A stretch of 64,000 nt of DNA. Origin: Octopus sinensis. Taxonomy: Eukaryota. Of this stretch, positions 14,551 through 28,084 are shown piece after piece. The stretch lies in contig NC_043003.1 in NCBI RefSeq assembly GCF_006345805.1, positions 54,746,001 to 54,810,000 on the forward strand. The letters are read 5' to 3'. The position numbers and the translations under genes were made by a program. Every line of letters begins with the position of its first letter. The first letter of the stretch is position 1. The notes under the pieces are model-generated. The model had not been told where the DNA came from and did not search any database. It saw only the letters and a program-made list of their open reading frames with translations.

Positions 14551-15530
14551 GTTTCTACTCTCGGAATAAACTCCAGTACGCAACTGGTACTTAATTTATC
14601 GAACCCGAAAAGATGAAAAGCAAAGTCGACCTCGGCGGAATTTGAACTCAGAACGTAAACACAGACGAAATACCACTGAGCATTTTTCCAGCGTGCTAAC
14701 GTCTCTGCCAGCTCGTCGCCTTATGCCACCAATAAATATTATATTCTTTTCTACTCTAGGCACAAGGCCCGAAATTTGGTGGTGGTGGTGGGGGGGTCAG
14801 TCGATTGGATAGACTCCAGTACGCAACTGGTACTTAATTTATCGACCCCGAAAGGATGAAAGGCAAAGTCAACCTCGGTGGAATTTGAAATACCTATTTC
14901 TTTTACTACCCACAGGGAGCTAAACACAGAGGGGACAAACAAGGACAGGCAAAAAGATTTAGTCTATTATATGGACCTCAATGCGTAACTGGTACTTAAT
15001 CTATCAACCCGAAAGGATGAAAGGCAAAGTCGACCTCAGCGGAATTTGCACTCACAACGTAACACAGACGAAATACCTGTTTCTTTACTACCCACAAGGG
15101 GCTAAACACAGAGAGGACTTGCAAGGACAGACAAAGGATGAAAGGATGAAAAGCAAAGTCGACCTCAGCGGAATTTGAACTCACAACGTAACGGCAGACG
15201 AAATGCTGCTAAACATTTCGCCCGGCGTGCTAACGATTCTGCCACCTCGCCGCTTTATTCCACGAATTAATATATATTTCTTTATTGCCCACAATGGGCT
15301 AAACACAGAGAGAACTTGCAAGGACAGACAAACGTATTAAGTCGATTACATCGACCCCAGTGCGTAACTGGTACTTATTTAATCGCCCCCGAAAGGATGA
15401 AAAGCAAAGTCGACCTCAGCGGAATTTGAACTCACAACGTAACGGCAGACGAAATACCGCTAAGCATTTCACCCGGCGTGCTAACGATTCTGCCAGCACG
15501 CCGCCTTATTCCACCAATTAATATATTGAC
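14551..15530 (-). mobile_element. Cluster of five head-to-tail or nested SINE family B units
   Basis: The block gaaaggatgaaa(a/g)gcaaagtcgacctc(a/g)gcggaatttg occurs five times; tRNA-like heads end at ~14723, ~15256 and ~15508. Confidence 0.9.
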
Positions 15531-16800
15531 AATGTATTGCTGCATTTGGTGTCTTCTTTGCGTTTCACTCCTATCTTAATCTCCCTCTTTTCCTTTCTGT
15601 TCTAGGTTAACCTCCAGTGTTTGACCCGAGCAAATTAATGAAAAAAAAATAGTGTAATAGGTGTAAAACAACATGTAGTAAACGAATATGAAAAAAATGT
15701 ACTCTGCCGAACGGGAGAATGGGGGAGACGACACGGAAAATTCATATCGGGAATGTTCCGAGTCCTCTCACCACTTCCCCGTTCGTCGGCGCAATTGCTT
15801 TCTTCATATTCGGCTACTAAACATTATTTTACACTTAGTACACTATAATTTTATTTCAAGTTATGTGACTTGGGATGGGTGGGGTGTTGACGTCGACACC
15901 CGGCCACCAAAAAAAAAAGAAAGAAAAAAAAGTACAATAGTTGTAAAATCATATGTACTAAACGATTATTAAACAATGCGCACTGGCAAACGGGAGCGGG
16001 GAGTGAGGATTCGGAAAATTCTCTTGTCCAAGGTGCCATTTAGGAGGACTGAACCGGGAACCGTGTGGTTGGGAAAAATATCCATTTTCTTGACGGAAGA
16101 AATTGGATCACGCGAATTTTCCGGGTCCCCCCCACCACGTTCGCTAGCAAGTTTCTTCAAATATAGTCTCGGCCCCGACCAATGCGCCCCGGAAGACGTA
16201 GGTGGCATTTGAGAGGGAAAATTATTTATGCTATAAACGATGACAACAAAAAATTTGCGCACTAACTTTTTTCGATTCTGTCTTCTGCAGTGCAGATGTT
16301 TGTTAGCCATTCTAGAACACACACACACACAAACGTTACTTTCACTACAACATTTAAATTTCATTTTTGTCTAAATATTTTCGTTTTCTGAAACTGCGAC
16401 AAGACCCTGACAAAAATTCGTGCTGCATCTGCATTGTCAGTGAACAAATCTCGCTTTCAAAGCGACGAAAATATTGAGATTGGCTCGAGAGATTTTCCCG
16501 TTGTAAGGTATACAGATTGGTTTTGAAATATGATCCTAATTATGTCGCCTTTATTTTCTTTTTTTTTCTGCTAAGTTACCTTGTTTCTTCCATTTGTTCT
16601 CTTCAAATTCTTCCCAAATTTATGTCGTTTTTTTTTTTCTTTGCAGAGTTAAGAAATCACATATCAGGGACGCGATGCATTCCGTACACTATTGCTCTAG
16701 TATTTACAAGGGCTGGTTCATATCCGTTAAAGCTACATACATGCATACATATTTGTATACCTACATACATACATACATATATACATACATACATACATAT

Positions 16801-16850
<50 letters not shown>

Positions 16851-16852
<2 letters not shown>

Positions 16853-17431
16853 AACAGACATGCAGGAAGTAAATAGACTACTTTAATTTTCAAAATTTAT
16901 GATCTAAGCATTTTAATATATTTTCAGCGGTGTAGGATTTACAATGTAATTATTCTTTTTAATTCCAGGTGCCATTATATTAAACATTTACGGGTAGGAA
17001 CCATGCCAAGCATAAAAAAATTTGGAAGACCTGTCAGATTTTCAAAGAGGTCGTATTGTTGGGCAATCTGAAACTGATCTTAGCCAGTATAAAATTGCCG
17101 AAAATCTTCAAATTCATCTTGCTACTGTTAATAGAATTTTAGTGCAAATCAAATGCCAAGGAAAAGAATCATCAGATTCTCTTCCGGTCAACCTGGGCCC
17201 TCGGAAAGGAAGCTTCGCTGTTTGAAGAGAATTGTGGAAAACGAAACCCCGTTTGAAGGCTTCAGACATTACAAAACAGCTAGAAGTTTGTCAAAGAACG
17301 TGTGTTACATATTTGCATAAGCTTGGGTTCTATGAACGAATTGATAGAAGAAAATCTCTCCTTCAACCAATTAATGTCATATGAAAGATTTTCAAAATTA
17401 AAGGTGTCTATTTACTACCTGCATGTCTGTG
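16851..17431 (+). mobile_element. Internally deleted Tc1-like DNA transposon with both TIRs
   Basis: ~45-bp TIRs (cagacatgcaggaagtaaatagac... / ...gtctatttactacctgcatgtctgtg) in TA context. Internal paired-like HTH fragment EDLSDFQRGRIVG...KIAENLQIHLATVNRIL at 17022-17225; catalytic domain missing. Confidence 0.85.
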
Positions 17432-18544
17432 TATATATACATACATGCATACATACATACATACACATATATATATATATATATATATATATGCATAATA
17501 TGCGTGTGTGTGTGCAACTGAGGAGTGTGGTTAGCTAAATTACTTCATATGATATGAGAACATATTTCTAATGTTGCTTCTTTCCTTGACTTCTGATTCT
17601 TTGATATAGTTTCGTACTTAGTGACAGTGTTACAATCCGTAAGAAGTGATATAACTAATTCAATATCAGTATATTACTGGTTATTTATTTCATAATTTTA
17701 GAAAAATATATGAGAATCGTCAGGGCTAAATATCAATCAGCAAAATTCTGGTATTTTACATTTCGGAAGGACATCTTGCATCATATAATGCTCTATATAC
17801 AAAACATTCAGTATTGATTCTCCGGAAAGTTGTTTCATAATATGTCTGTTCGATCAGTGTTGATCCAGGGGCTATACAAGAGAACAAAAAAAAAAACATA
17901 ATTTCTAAAGCATCGAAAATAATTTCTTCTCGAAATTTTCTTCATGGTCTGACAAAAGAATTAAGCAGAAAATTAAAATTTTCTCGTCTTATAAGTTTCC
18001 ATTTATAAAATTTAAAAACTGGACTTCGGGAATTTTCTCAAATCTTCCAGTTTAATAATTTTCAATTTTGTTCCTGGCATTTTTCATCTCTCTTTCCTTT
18101 TACTGCACTTGTTATTGTCTATTTTCAGCATCACCAACACTTTCTTTCGCACGATCCTACTCCTACTTCACATTCTTCTCCTGAATAATTTCTTTGTTCT
18201 TTATCCTCTATCCTCCAATTCGTCTTCCATCTGCCTTGTACGTATGCTTGTGTGGTTAATGATCACGCTTCACTACACTATCATATGGTTCTAGTTTCGC
18301 TCTCATTATGCAGATCTTTGAGGATGAGAGTTCGCAGCAGACACTGAACGAACGAAACCTCCAGACGGTAACTGTGGATATCAACTCAGATGGCCTAAAC
18401 ACGATTATGAGTGATAGTTTAATCTATTTACACCGTTTAATACCATCATATGATCAACCTCAGTTTTTTTATAACAGAGGCCACGCTGTAGCAATTGTTC
18501 ACACCATGTTCCCCCATCTTAGGATAAAGCATTCTCTTTCATCT

Positions 18545-18851
18545 TTAATCATTGGACTGCAGACATGCTGGGCAACGCCTTGTTGGGTTTTAGCCAAATA
18601 AATCGACCCCAGTACTTATTGTCTCCTAAGCCAAGTACCAAAAAGATCGTTCTCTTTTTGCCGAACTACTAATTGGCAGGGAGGTAAAGAAACCAACACC
18701 GATTGTGAAGCGGTGGAGGGTATCAATCACAAACACAATGATACGTGCACAGAGATATATTCACATATATACATATATATGTAGGCATACTTACACACAC
18801 ATATCTATATATATATATATATATATGTAGGCATACTTACACACACATATC

Positions 18852-18887
<36 letters not shown>

Positions 18888-18905
18888 ATATATGTGTGTG
18901 TGTGT

Positions 18906-18947
<42 letters not shown>

Positions 18948-19075
18948 CGTGTGTATGTGTGTGTGTGTGTATGTCGACCGGGGTTATAATAGACATATGC
19001 CCCAGGTGCTACGCAGTGGGTTTGAATCTGGAGCCATATGTTTGGGAACGAAACCTTCTTCCATACCAGCGCTTA
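18545..19075 (-). mobile_element. SINE family A, old degenerate copy
   Basis: aaatcgaccccagtactta...aacaccgattgtgaagcgg...cccaggtgctacgcagtggg..tgaa.ctggagccat. Confidence 0.7.
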
Positions 19076-20046
19076 CATTCTCTATATCACCCAACATCTC
19101 TGCTTACTTCCGATAGGGTTACAAACTTTACCTCTTCTCTGAAAAAGATACAGGCATGTCACAATCCAAGAAAGAAGCGTGATTTATCCATTCACATTAT
19201 TCAAGTCGTCAGCATTCGCCTTTTCTGAATCCGAATTTCACCGTATATTGAAAACATTCATTTATTTAAAATATAATTTAAAATTGTGCGATCTAAGAGA
19301 GAATTGGCTCTAAGTTCCTGCATTAAACAAAGGACATTTAGTCGTCCCCCACCGATTCCGCACTGGATCAGTTGGTCCCTTCCATTTTATGCTCCGATAC
19401 ATGGATCGCTCTCATCGAGTCGAGATAGTCTTACTAGACCTCTCAATCATCCGCGACTCCCTTGTTGAGAGAGTGAACAAGCGAGCGAGCGAGAGAGAGA
19501 GAAAGAGATAGAAAGAGAGAGGGGAGAGAAGTAGAGAGAGGAACAGAGTGAGATAAAGAGATAGAGAAGGAGAGAGAGAGGAGTAAGGAAAGAGTTATAG
19601 CATGAGAGAGTGCTAGAAAGAAATGGTAAGAGTTCGGCACACCAAACATGGAGTCGGCGATAGAAATGCCGAGAGAGCGTCGTAAAGGCGCATAATTAAT
19701 TTTTCTTTCTAAAATTGGTGCTGACGTAGTAATTCACATAGTTAAGCATATTTTAACACTGAATGAATTATAATTTCCGTATATATTTAACTCAATATTG
19801 TTCGTTTAAATATGTAATGTGTATATTCATAACAACGCATTATAAAATTTCACATGATACAAATTTCTCTTTTTTTTTTGCATCATTTGGTCAACCAAGA
19901 AAAACCAGACTTGGTAGAATCTGTAGATTGTCGGACTCAATGTTCTCTAGTACTTGTTCTGGATCTCTGGCCATTCAGTTTCAATAGATTTAACCTTTCA
20001 TTATCGGAGATCGATGAAAAATGTACCATTAACGGACTGACTTAAT

Positions 20047-20122
20047 TTCTTCTTCTTCTTCTTCTTCTTCTTCTTCTTCTTCTTCTTCTTCTTCTCTTCT
20101 TCTTCTTCTTCTTCTTCTTCTT
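20047..20122. repeat. (TTC)n microsatellite; other simple repeats at 24415-24600 (GTA/GTG), 28250-28345 (TATC), 33480-33590 (TTTC), 52820-52985 (GAT), 55630-55690 (TATG), 60799-60960 (ATT/GTT/ATC), 61746-61900 (ACT/GCT)
   Basis: Directly visible. Confidence 0.97.
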
Positions 20123-20726
20123 CTCCCTCTCTTTCTCTCTCCCCCGGTCTTTCTCTCTCTCCTTCTCTTTGTCTCTGTCTGTAACTGACAAAGGATCACG
20201 AGGAAACATTCGAAGAAGCGTTTCTTCAGAAATGGGAACTGTTGAACGCGGAGATATTGGAAACCATTCCATATAGAACAATAAAATATATTAAAAAACG
20301 AATAAAAGCATAAGTAAATGTAACGAATATACCTCTGAGACTCTCCATATATATATAAATCAAATACAGTTCAGCATGGAACTACAAATATTATGGTAAG
20401 AAAAGTGGATTCCTCATAAATTTCCAGTTCCTTTCGTGACTGGTATCATAGAATGATTTCATGATCAGGTTTAGCGTCTACAAATCAATGTGCAAAGGGG
20501 ATACTTAAAACCTGTGTTTGTTATGTAACCATAGTGTACAAAAAATTACATTAAGCGTTTTTCTTAGTCAATACTGTGTTCTACTGTGTTACCAGTGCTA
20601 CTAAATCACTTGTTAAGGTTTTCTTCTACATATTTTCTTTAGAAATTATAACCAGTTCTGATTTTGTTACGACGTTTCGTATCCGAGACGTCTGATGTAA
20701 ACCGCAATGAGATCGAAGATGAAAAC

Positions 20727-20897
20727 TAGGCGTAGGAGTGGCTGTGTGGTACGTGGCTTGCTTATCCACAACATGGTTTCGGGTTCAGTCCCACTGCGTG
20801 GCACCTTCGGCAAGTGTCTTCTGCTCTAGCACCGGGCCGACCAAAGCCTTGTGAGTTGATTTGGTGGATGGAAACTGAAAGAATCCCGTCGTATTTG

Positions 20898-20932
<35 letters not shown>

Positions 20933-21140
20933 ATATGTTTGTGTGTCTGTGTTTGTCCCCCCAACATCGCCTGACAACCGATGCTGGAGTGTTTACGTTC
21001 CCGAAACTTAGTGTTTCGGCAAATGGGACCAATAGAATAAGTACTAGGCTTACAAAGAATAAGTCCTGGGGTCGATTTACTCGACTAGAGGCGGTGCTCC
21101 AGCATGGCCAAAGTCAAATGACTGAAAAAAGTAAAAGAGA
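20727..21140 (+). mobile_element. SINE family A, full length
   Basis: taggcgtaggagtggctgtgtggta (A box), gggttcagtccc (B box), caccttcggcaagtgtcttct (CORE-like), internal TA/TG tract, tail gtaaaagaga. Confidence 0.9.
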
Positions 21141-22284
21141 AGGTAAAATAGTAATAGGCGTATATACCATATTTCAGTAACTTTTTCCCCTTCATCAGTG
21201 CTCATTCAAACCCTTAACCATCAACGAACACAATGCTTAATCAGTCACAATATTTAGCAGTGTATGGTTTCTGAATATACCAGTTGTACATACCAAACGA
21301 ATTCTCAGAAGCCGGTACGTAGATACTTGGTATGTAAATTCCCGGAAGCCGGTACGTAAATACTGATGACCTTTAGGGACACCATATTTCGTTATGCAAC
21401 CATAATATTCTAGAAAGTATATTAAAACTTTTTATAAGGCAATACTGTGTCCTACTGTGTTAGCCACTCTAAGAGAGGAGACGCAAGCACTCGAATGAAG
21501 TATCGACATTTTAGTGTATGTGATAAATCGGGGTGTATGTTTTTAATAAGATATACAAGCGTTTTCGTTGACAAGCGTAAAAAATTCTAGGTATTTCAAG
21601 ACGACGTTTCAGATGAAATTGAACTAATTAAGTTTGTCCAGAAAGCAAATATAATTATGATTTATCGTGTTTTAATAATGCCTTAACCATTAAACATGCT
21701 TTCACTAGCAGTCAAGTTAGTGTTAACACATTTAATACAGTGACTATTTAAAATGCCAACTAAAAATAATTATGTGATATGGGGAAATATTTTTTTAGAT
21801 AAAATCAATTAGTAATATAATTTTAATTATTTCGGCAAATATTTCATCAACATAATTGTCGAATTATCATTTGGATGATATCCTAGAGAAATTTAATTTA
21901 GGTGAAAATCCTTGATAAAAATATAAATAAACAAATGAAAAATATAAATAGGTTGTCAGTTAATTTCAGTACTAGTCGAGTTCATCGCATTACTTCTACT
22001 ATTACTACTACATGTAGTAATAGTAGTAGTAATTGTTGTTATAGCAACAGCAGTAACGCCAGCAGGAGCAGCAATAGTAAGTGACAACAACCACCACCTA
22101 AGTAGTTGCAGTGTAGTGATTGTGCGTGTCTGTTTTGGAGTGGTCGAAATAGAAAAATGTGCATTGAAATCGAGCAAATTTATCATCAAATGCGATCCAA
22201 CCTTAAATATCGCGTTTTTTTTCTAGTATACATAAATATAAAAAAAAAACAATATTTGGTCGTGTTAAGCGTCGAAATGTGTAT

Positions 22285-23507
22285 TGTAAGATGAAAATAA
22301 GATTGTAATATATTTTAGATTGCAGAAACGCCGTTAGAACAGGAGAAACACTGGGTAAATTACTCTTTTAAAGCGGAAAGATTTGTCAGCTAACACCCAT
22401 GAGACTCGAACTCATATATCTCGAAGGCTCCGGCCGAGTTTTTTTACTATTAAGCCAAACTGCCCGCTGACAAATTAATCTCCGAGGGATGTGGGCTCGA
22501 GTTCCGTGGTTGTTTGTAGACAAATTTGTCCGCTTTGTGAGGGTTATTTACCCAATTTTCTGCTGTTCTAACGGCTTTTCTACGTTTGAAAATAAATTAT
22601 CGTCTTATTTGTACCCTATATTCCAATCTGTCTTTTTCTAAGACGGGTACAGAAAGGGCTGAATGACAGTTGACTACTATTTTTAACAGAGAGAACTGCG
22701 CATAAGTGCCAACGTCGGCTCATTATCCAAGGTTAACTTCTAATTCTCAGACTTCAAGGTGATATATACAATGTTTTAGTAAAGGCGCGTGACAGGGTCG
22801 TTGGGATGTTAGACTCATGATCGTAAGATTGTAGTTTCGATTCCTGGGCCGGGCAATGCCTTGCTTTTTGAACAAAACACTTCATTTCATGCTCCACTAG
22901 TTCACTCAGCTTTGTGCAATATAGTGATGTCGAGACAACCCCGGCAAGCTAACGATGGATGATGGACCTCTCTAAAAAACATACAGAACGGAACATCTGG
23001 ATTGAGAACCCATAGGCCTACCTTGATGTTAGGTATATACAAAGTTTTGGTTACAATTAGTCCGCAACTTAGGATATCACTTGTTGGTACATAATGCTTT
23101 TCTCTTAAGACTGTCAGAGTTATATTGCCTGAGTCTGTAGGTCCTTCCTTGATGTAGAAAAAGACACATTGAAATATAAGGTACAAAGAAAATGAACTTA
23201 TTTTCGAACGCAGAAGCGCGGTTAGAACAACAGAAATACTGGTTAAATTACCCTGGCAAAGCGGACAAATTTGTCAATAAACAGCCATGAGCCTCGAACC
23301 CAAACCCCTCGGAGATTAATTTTTCAGCAGACAGTTTACCTTAAAGGTAAAGCACTCAGTCGGAATCATCGAGAGATGTGGGCTCGAATGCCAAGGCTAC
23401 TGTTGAAAAATCTGTCCGCTTTCTAAGGGCAATTTATCCAATATTTCTGCTGTTCTAACGGCGTTTCTGGGTTAGAAAATATTTTACCATCTTATTTTTA
23501 TCTTACA
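22285..23507. mobile_element. ~1.2-kb foldback element: ~355-bp outer inverted repeats, each itself a palindrome around a tRNA-like centre
   Basis: 22285-22640 is the reverse complement of 23155-23507. Within each arm, cagaa.cgc.gttagaaca...aagcgga pairs with tccgcttt...tgttctaacggc.tttct. Confidence 0.8.
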
Positions 23508-23714
23508 TGATATGTCCCTTAAATAACCCCTTTTAAACCGGCTTTGATGGTACTGATCTAAAGTTCATAAGATCATAGGTACACTTCCTAGACTGGGCAG
23601 CTTGTGGAGTCCTCATGCAAGACAATCCATTTTACGTTGTAGCAAACCCTTTCAGCATCATAGTGAATACCTACGTATGTTGGTGCTGCCCTATGTAGTA
23701 TCGTGACGGAGAAT

Positions 23715-24007
23715 CTTTTTATCCTCGCCCTTTTCAAGCCTAGCCAGGCTCATGGGCCCGGTTTCCCGGTTTCTGTGGCGTATGTGTCCCCCCCCCCCCG
23801 GCTGGACGCGACGCCAGTCCATCGTAGCGTTACTCAAGAAACAGGAAGGGAGAGTGAAAGAAAGTTGTGGTGAAAGAGTACAACGGGGTCGCCACCAGCC
23901 CCTGCCGGAGCCTCGTGGAGCTTTTAGGTATTTTCGCTCAATAAAGATACACTGGGAATCGAAACCGCGAGTCCGCTGCCGTAACCACTGGGCCATTGCG
24001 CCTCCAC
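23715..24007 (-). mobile_element. Young tRNA-derived SINE (Meta/V-domain-like) with perfect 13-bp TSD
   Basis: TSD CGTGACGGAGAAT at 23702-23714 and 24008-24020. Minus strand has A box TGGCCCAGTGG, B box GTTTCGATTCC, and central motifs GATGGACTGGCGTC.CGTCCAG and GCCACAGAAACCGGGA. Confidence 0.9.
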
Positions 24008-24546
24008 CGTGACGGAGAATACGGCCTCATTATTCCACTGGCTCAAGGTAAAGAGTTAATAGCACTAAAGTTGTATTTTTTGTGGTTGTTATTCTTTAGT
24101 GCCAAACGCAATATTATCATATAACTAATCTGTAAACCGTGACTATCTGGCAATTGCTTATATTGTAAATTACACTAGCCACATAACTTACCTTTTATAA
24201 GAAGATTGTCATAAGAGATATGTCTTAGGGAGTGACGTGAGTGAATTTAGCTACTATTTTTGGCATTTTGAATAACCACAAAGAAGCTCCATTTGGAGTG
24301 CATTTTAATTTCCTCGATGGTTGAAAGACGATGTTTATGGCGGTGAGTTCTGTGGGGATTAACTAGTGGTTATGTAGTGGTAATGTAGAGGTCATAAATA
24401 TTATAGTCGAAATGAGTAGTAGTAGTAGTAGTGGTGGTGGTGGTGGTGATAGGAGTAGTAGTGGTGGTGATAGGAGTAGTAGTGGTGGTGACGGTGGGAG
24501 AGCTGTAGTAGTAGTGGTGGTGATGGTAGAGTAGTAGTAGTAGTAA

Positions 24547-24589
<43 letters not shown>

Positions 24590-24834
24590 TGTAGTAGAGG
24601 TGGCCGTGAGGTGGTTGTGTTGTTTTTCGTGGCAGTGGTAGTCGTAGTGGTGGCGGTAGTTGCGGTGATATTATTATTCTTTGTGGTGATGGTAATTGCT
24701 GAGGCACTTAGATTCGTGATCTTCCATGTCGTAGGTGTAAGGAAGCTGAAGAGTTTGGCGTTTATAGTTATGGAAGAAATATCCACAGCAGTGGTGGCGA
24801 TGGTTGTTGTGGAGGTGGCAATACTGGTGTCTCT

Positions 24835-24869
<35 letters not shown>

Positions 24870-25809
24870 CATGTGTATAAGTGTGTATAAGTATATATGT
24901 GTGTATATATATGTATATATATATATGTGTGTGTGTCTGTGTGTCTGTGTGTGCGTCTCTGTGAAATGTGTAGACTAAGTGGGAAAATTTTAGAAGTTGT
25001 TTGATGTTCACACGCGATGTTAGTGATGTAAACTTGTAGTGTTAGACAAACACTTGCTGTCAATAATGGCGCCCAGAATACTGTCTGTAACACGCACGAA
25101 GATACATGCATGCTTACACACACAACGATCTATCAATATAGATGCATACATGTGCTTGTACACACACACACACACACACACGCACACACACAAACAATCG
25201 CACACACAGGTATGTGCTTTTGTTTGTGTGTAAACATAAGCGAATATAAGCAACACACACTAGCACACACAAATCACTCATACTCACAAACATAAACCAA
25301 ACACGATATGCACATTATACACGAATATATTGATACGTGTATACGTATATTGTCTCAGATTTGCAGCAAGTGCACATTTAGTAAATGAAATGTCATCGCT
25401 TTCAACCACCATAATACCATTTCTCTAATGAATGAGAAATATCTGCTCAGTTGTAGATTTAGTGATTCATTATTCAGCATATATATATATATAGAATAAA
25501 ACTTTATATATAAAGAACGTGAAATACACGAAGTGACGAACACGGAAAACAGACAAGTCATTCGAAGCCTTCATTCTTCAGTCAGAAACCGAATCATCAT
25601 GGCAAATTTCGGCTGTTTAATTCTGAGATTTGCTCCAAAACGGCCAGCTCCAAGGAAAAACTAAGCTGTGGGCATTAGATTTCTTTGGTAGAAGGAAATA
25701 ATGTGAACGCAACAGAGACGAATATGAAAACAAGAAACGAAGATAAAATTGGAAACAGTAACGGTTAAATACAAGAATGATACATATATATACATATATA
25801 CACACACAC

Positions 25810-25862
<53 letters not shown>

Positions 25863-26839
25863 TATATATACACACATACACATATGTATATATATATATA
25901 TTCAACAAATACAAGAGCAGATACTGCAACAACTTGGGCTTCATGGGTCCACATTCCTTCAATATATCTTCCCACAAGGCTTGAGTGACCTATATAGATG
26001 GGCTGGATGTAAGCCTCTACAAGGCATTATTGAATTTCGTCTTTTCATGAGTCCCAGATGAACCTTTCTCGCGGCATGAAACGCAGACGAAGGCAGCAAA
26101 ATCAAAGTTCCTTATTCACCAAACGCCACACATCAAAGGCGGTGCTCCGGTGCGGTCTCAGAAAAGAAATATGTGTGTGTGTGTAGCCTTAATGGATTTA
26201 TCTATAAATTATAGGTCTAGTCAATTCGTAGTGTATCCATATCCCTTCCAGTTACTAGGCCTGGATCCTTACGATCTTTGGAGAAACGGACAATTGCAAA
26301 AAGTGCCAGCAATGGGGCTCGATCTTCATACATTACGACTGAAAAGCACATTTCTGGAAAATCGGTTATGTGTGAATCATAAATATATATTATGCTTACA
26401 GTGACACACGAACAATGCACGCTCACATTACCTGATAAGCGTAGACACTATACAAGCAAAGCAATAGCCATTCATACTGCCATAGACGCACAATACAAGA
26501 ATTATCACAAACAGTGTATCTATACGTGTGTTTGTGCATGATATGTATACATATTACAGATAAAAAATACTTATAGCTTCATTTATGTGTACACACAGGT
26601 GTGTATTTATATATATATACGGATATATGTGTAAGTTCATTTCTACACACATGCATACACACATATACACATACATGTTTATATATCTGCATATGTATAT
26701 GTGTTTATAAATATATATATATATATATATATTTATAAACACATATACATATATATATGCATGTATATATATAAATATATGTATGCATGTATATATATAT
26801 ATATACATACATACACTCACGCATACATACATACATACA

Positions 26840-26873
<34 letters not shown>

Positions 26874-27295
26874 CATGCATGCATACATACATACATTCAT
26901 ACGTACATACAGACATACATACATACATACAAACATACAAACATACATACACATATTCTCATATAATTAAATCAATTTTATTGTTTTCCAATCGATATTG
27001 CACCTCTGAGTCAACAGCTCTCAGAAATTACTGCTCTAAGAGTAGAAGAAATTTAGGTCGTCGTTGCGATGGGAGAACTGGTAGAGTACTTATGGATCTG
27101 AATGTACATGTATTTGCGTGTCTAGTTCAGTATATATATATATATATGTACTTTGTCATAATTTGCAGTCGCCTCTATAAACTTCGTTTTCTTAATTTTT
27201 TTGTTTCGTTATCTATGACTTGCGTATATATACTTAAATCAACATATATGCGTACATGAATACGAACACTGACACTCATACATGTATGTTTGGGC

Positions 27296-27339
<44 letters not shown>

Positions 27340-27759
27340 CTGTGTGTGTGTGTGTGTATGCATATATGCATATTTACATGCATACACATAGAAAAGAAAT
27401 ATTTTATATGATAAAACTGCCAGTGCATGTTTAACAAAATTACAATACACGAACCTAGACAGACGCAGAGAAATGGACTGAGAAAAAAAGATTGACAGAT
27501 AGATGAGAGCAGTACAGATACATTAGACTACAATAGTTGATGCACAAAAATATGGATTGTTATAGCTGAATTTTGTTTTCCAGTTTGCTCTCTTAGGGCT
27601 AAGGTAATGACTCTTCTTCCCATTTATACCGAAACAAAGACCCTTTCACAACAACATAATAATATATATGTTTGTGTGTCCGTACATACACATGCGCGCA
27701 TATACACAGACACAACCCTACCACACACACACATATAATGGCTGTTGTCTACTCCTTAT

Positions 27760-28030
27760 GCAGCGTCTGACCATCTTTTGTGCTTACATGTTAGATTCAT
27801 CACAGCATCTGATATGGCTTTTTAAACTTAAAGTATTGAAAAGGCATCCAGATAGATTGCATATCCGATTTGGACCACAAAGTGCTGCGCTTGAGTTCAA
27901 ATCTTTGTGGATCTTCAAATGTCTTTTGAGACCTACGTTCTCTTTTGAGACCTATGAGATCTACAGACCTTACGGCGTACACGGCATTGAAGGGTTTTCA
28001 CAGATACATAGGCAGAGTAGTTGGTGGAGG
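27760..28030 (-). pseudogene. Possible decayed non-LTR (RTE-like) RT fragment
   Basis: Minus strand YSAYV / KPFNAV across a frameshift resembles the xxFVDLxKAFDSV RT motif; little other support. Confidence 0.3.
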
Positions 28031-28084
28031 TTCGTTTTTTGTGGGTCCGAGACGGATGAATAATTTTTTAAATTGCAGCGGATG

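Noticed and set aside
14551-15530. CRISPR-like array
   Set aside because: Units are ~170-250-bp SINE copies without unique spacers, the context is eukaryotic, and no cas genes are present.
20521-21470. ~80-bp degenerate direct repeat (20521-20600 / 21392-21470) and a 20-bp duplication at 21308-21362
   Set aside because: Real but short and old; no evidence that they are LTRs or functional.
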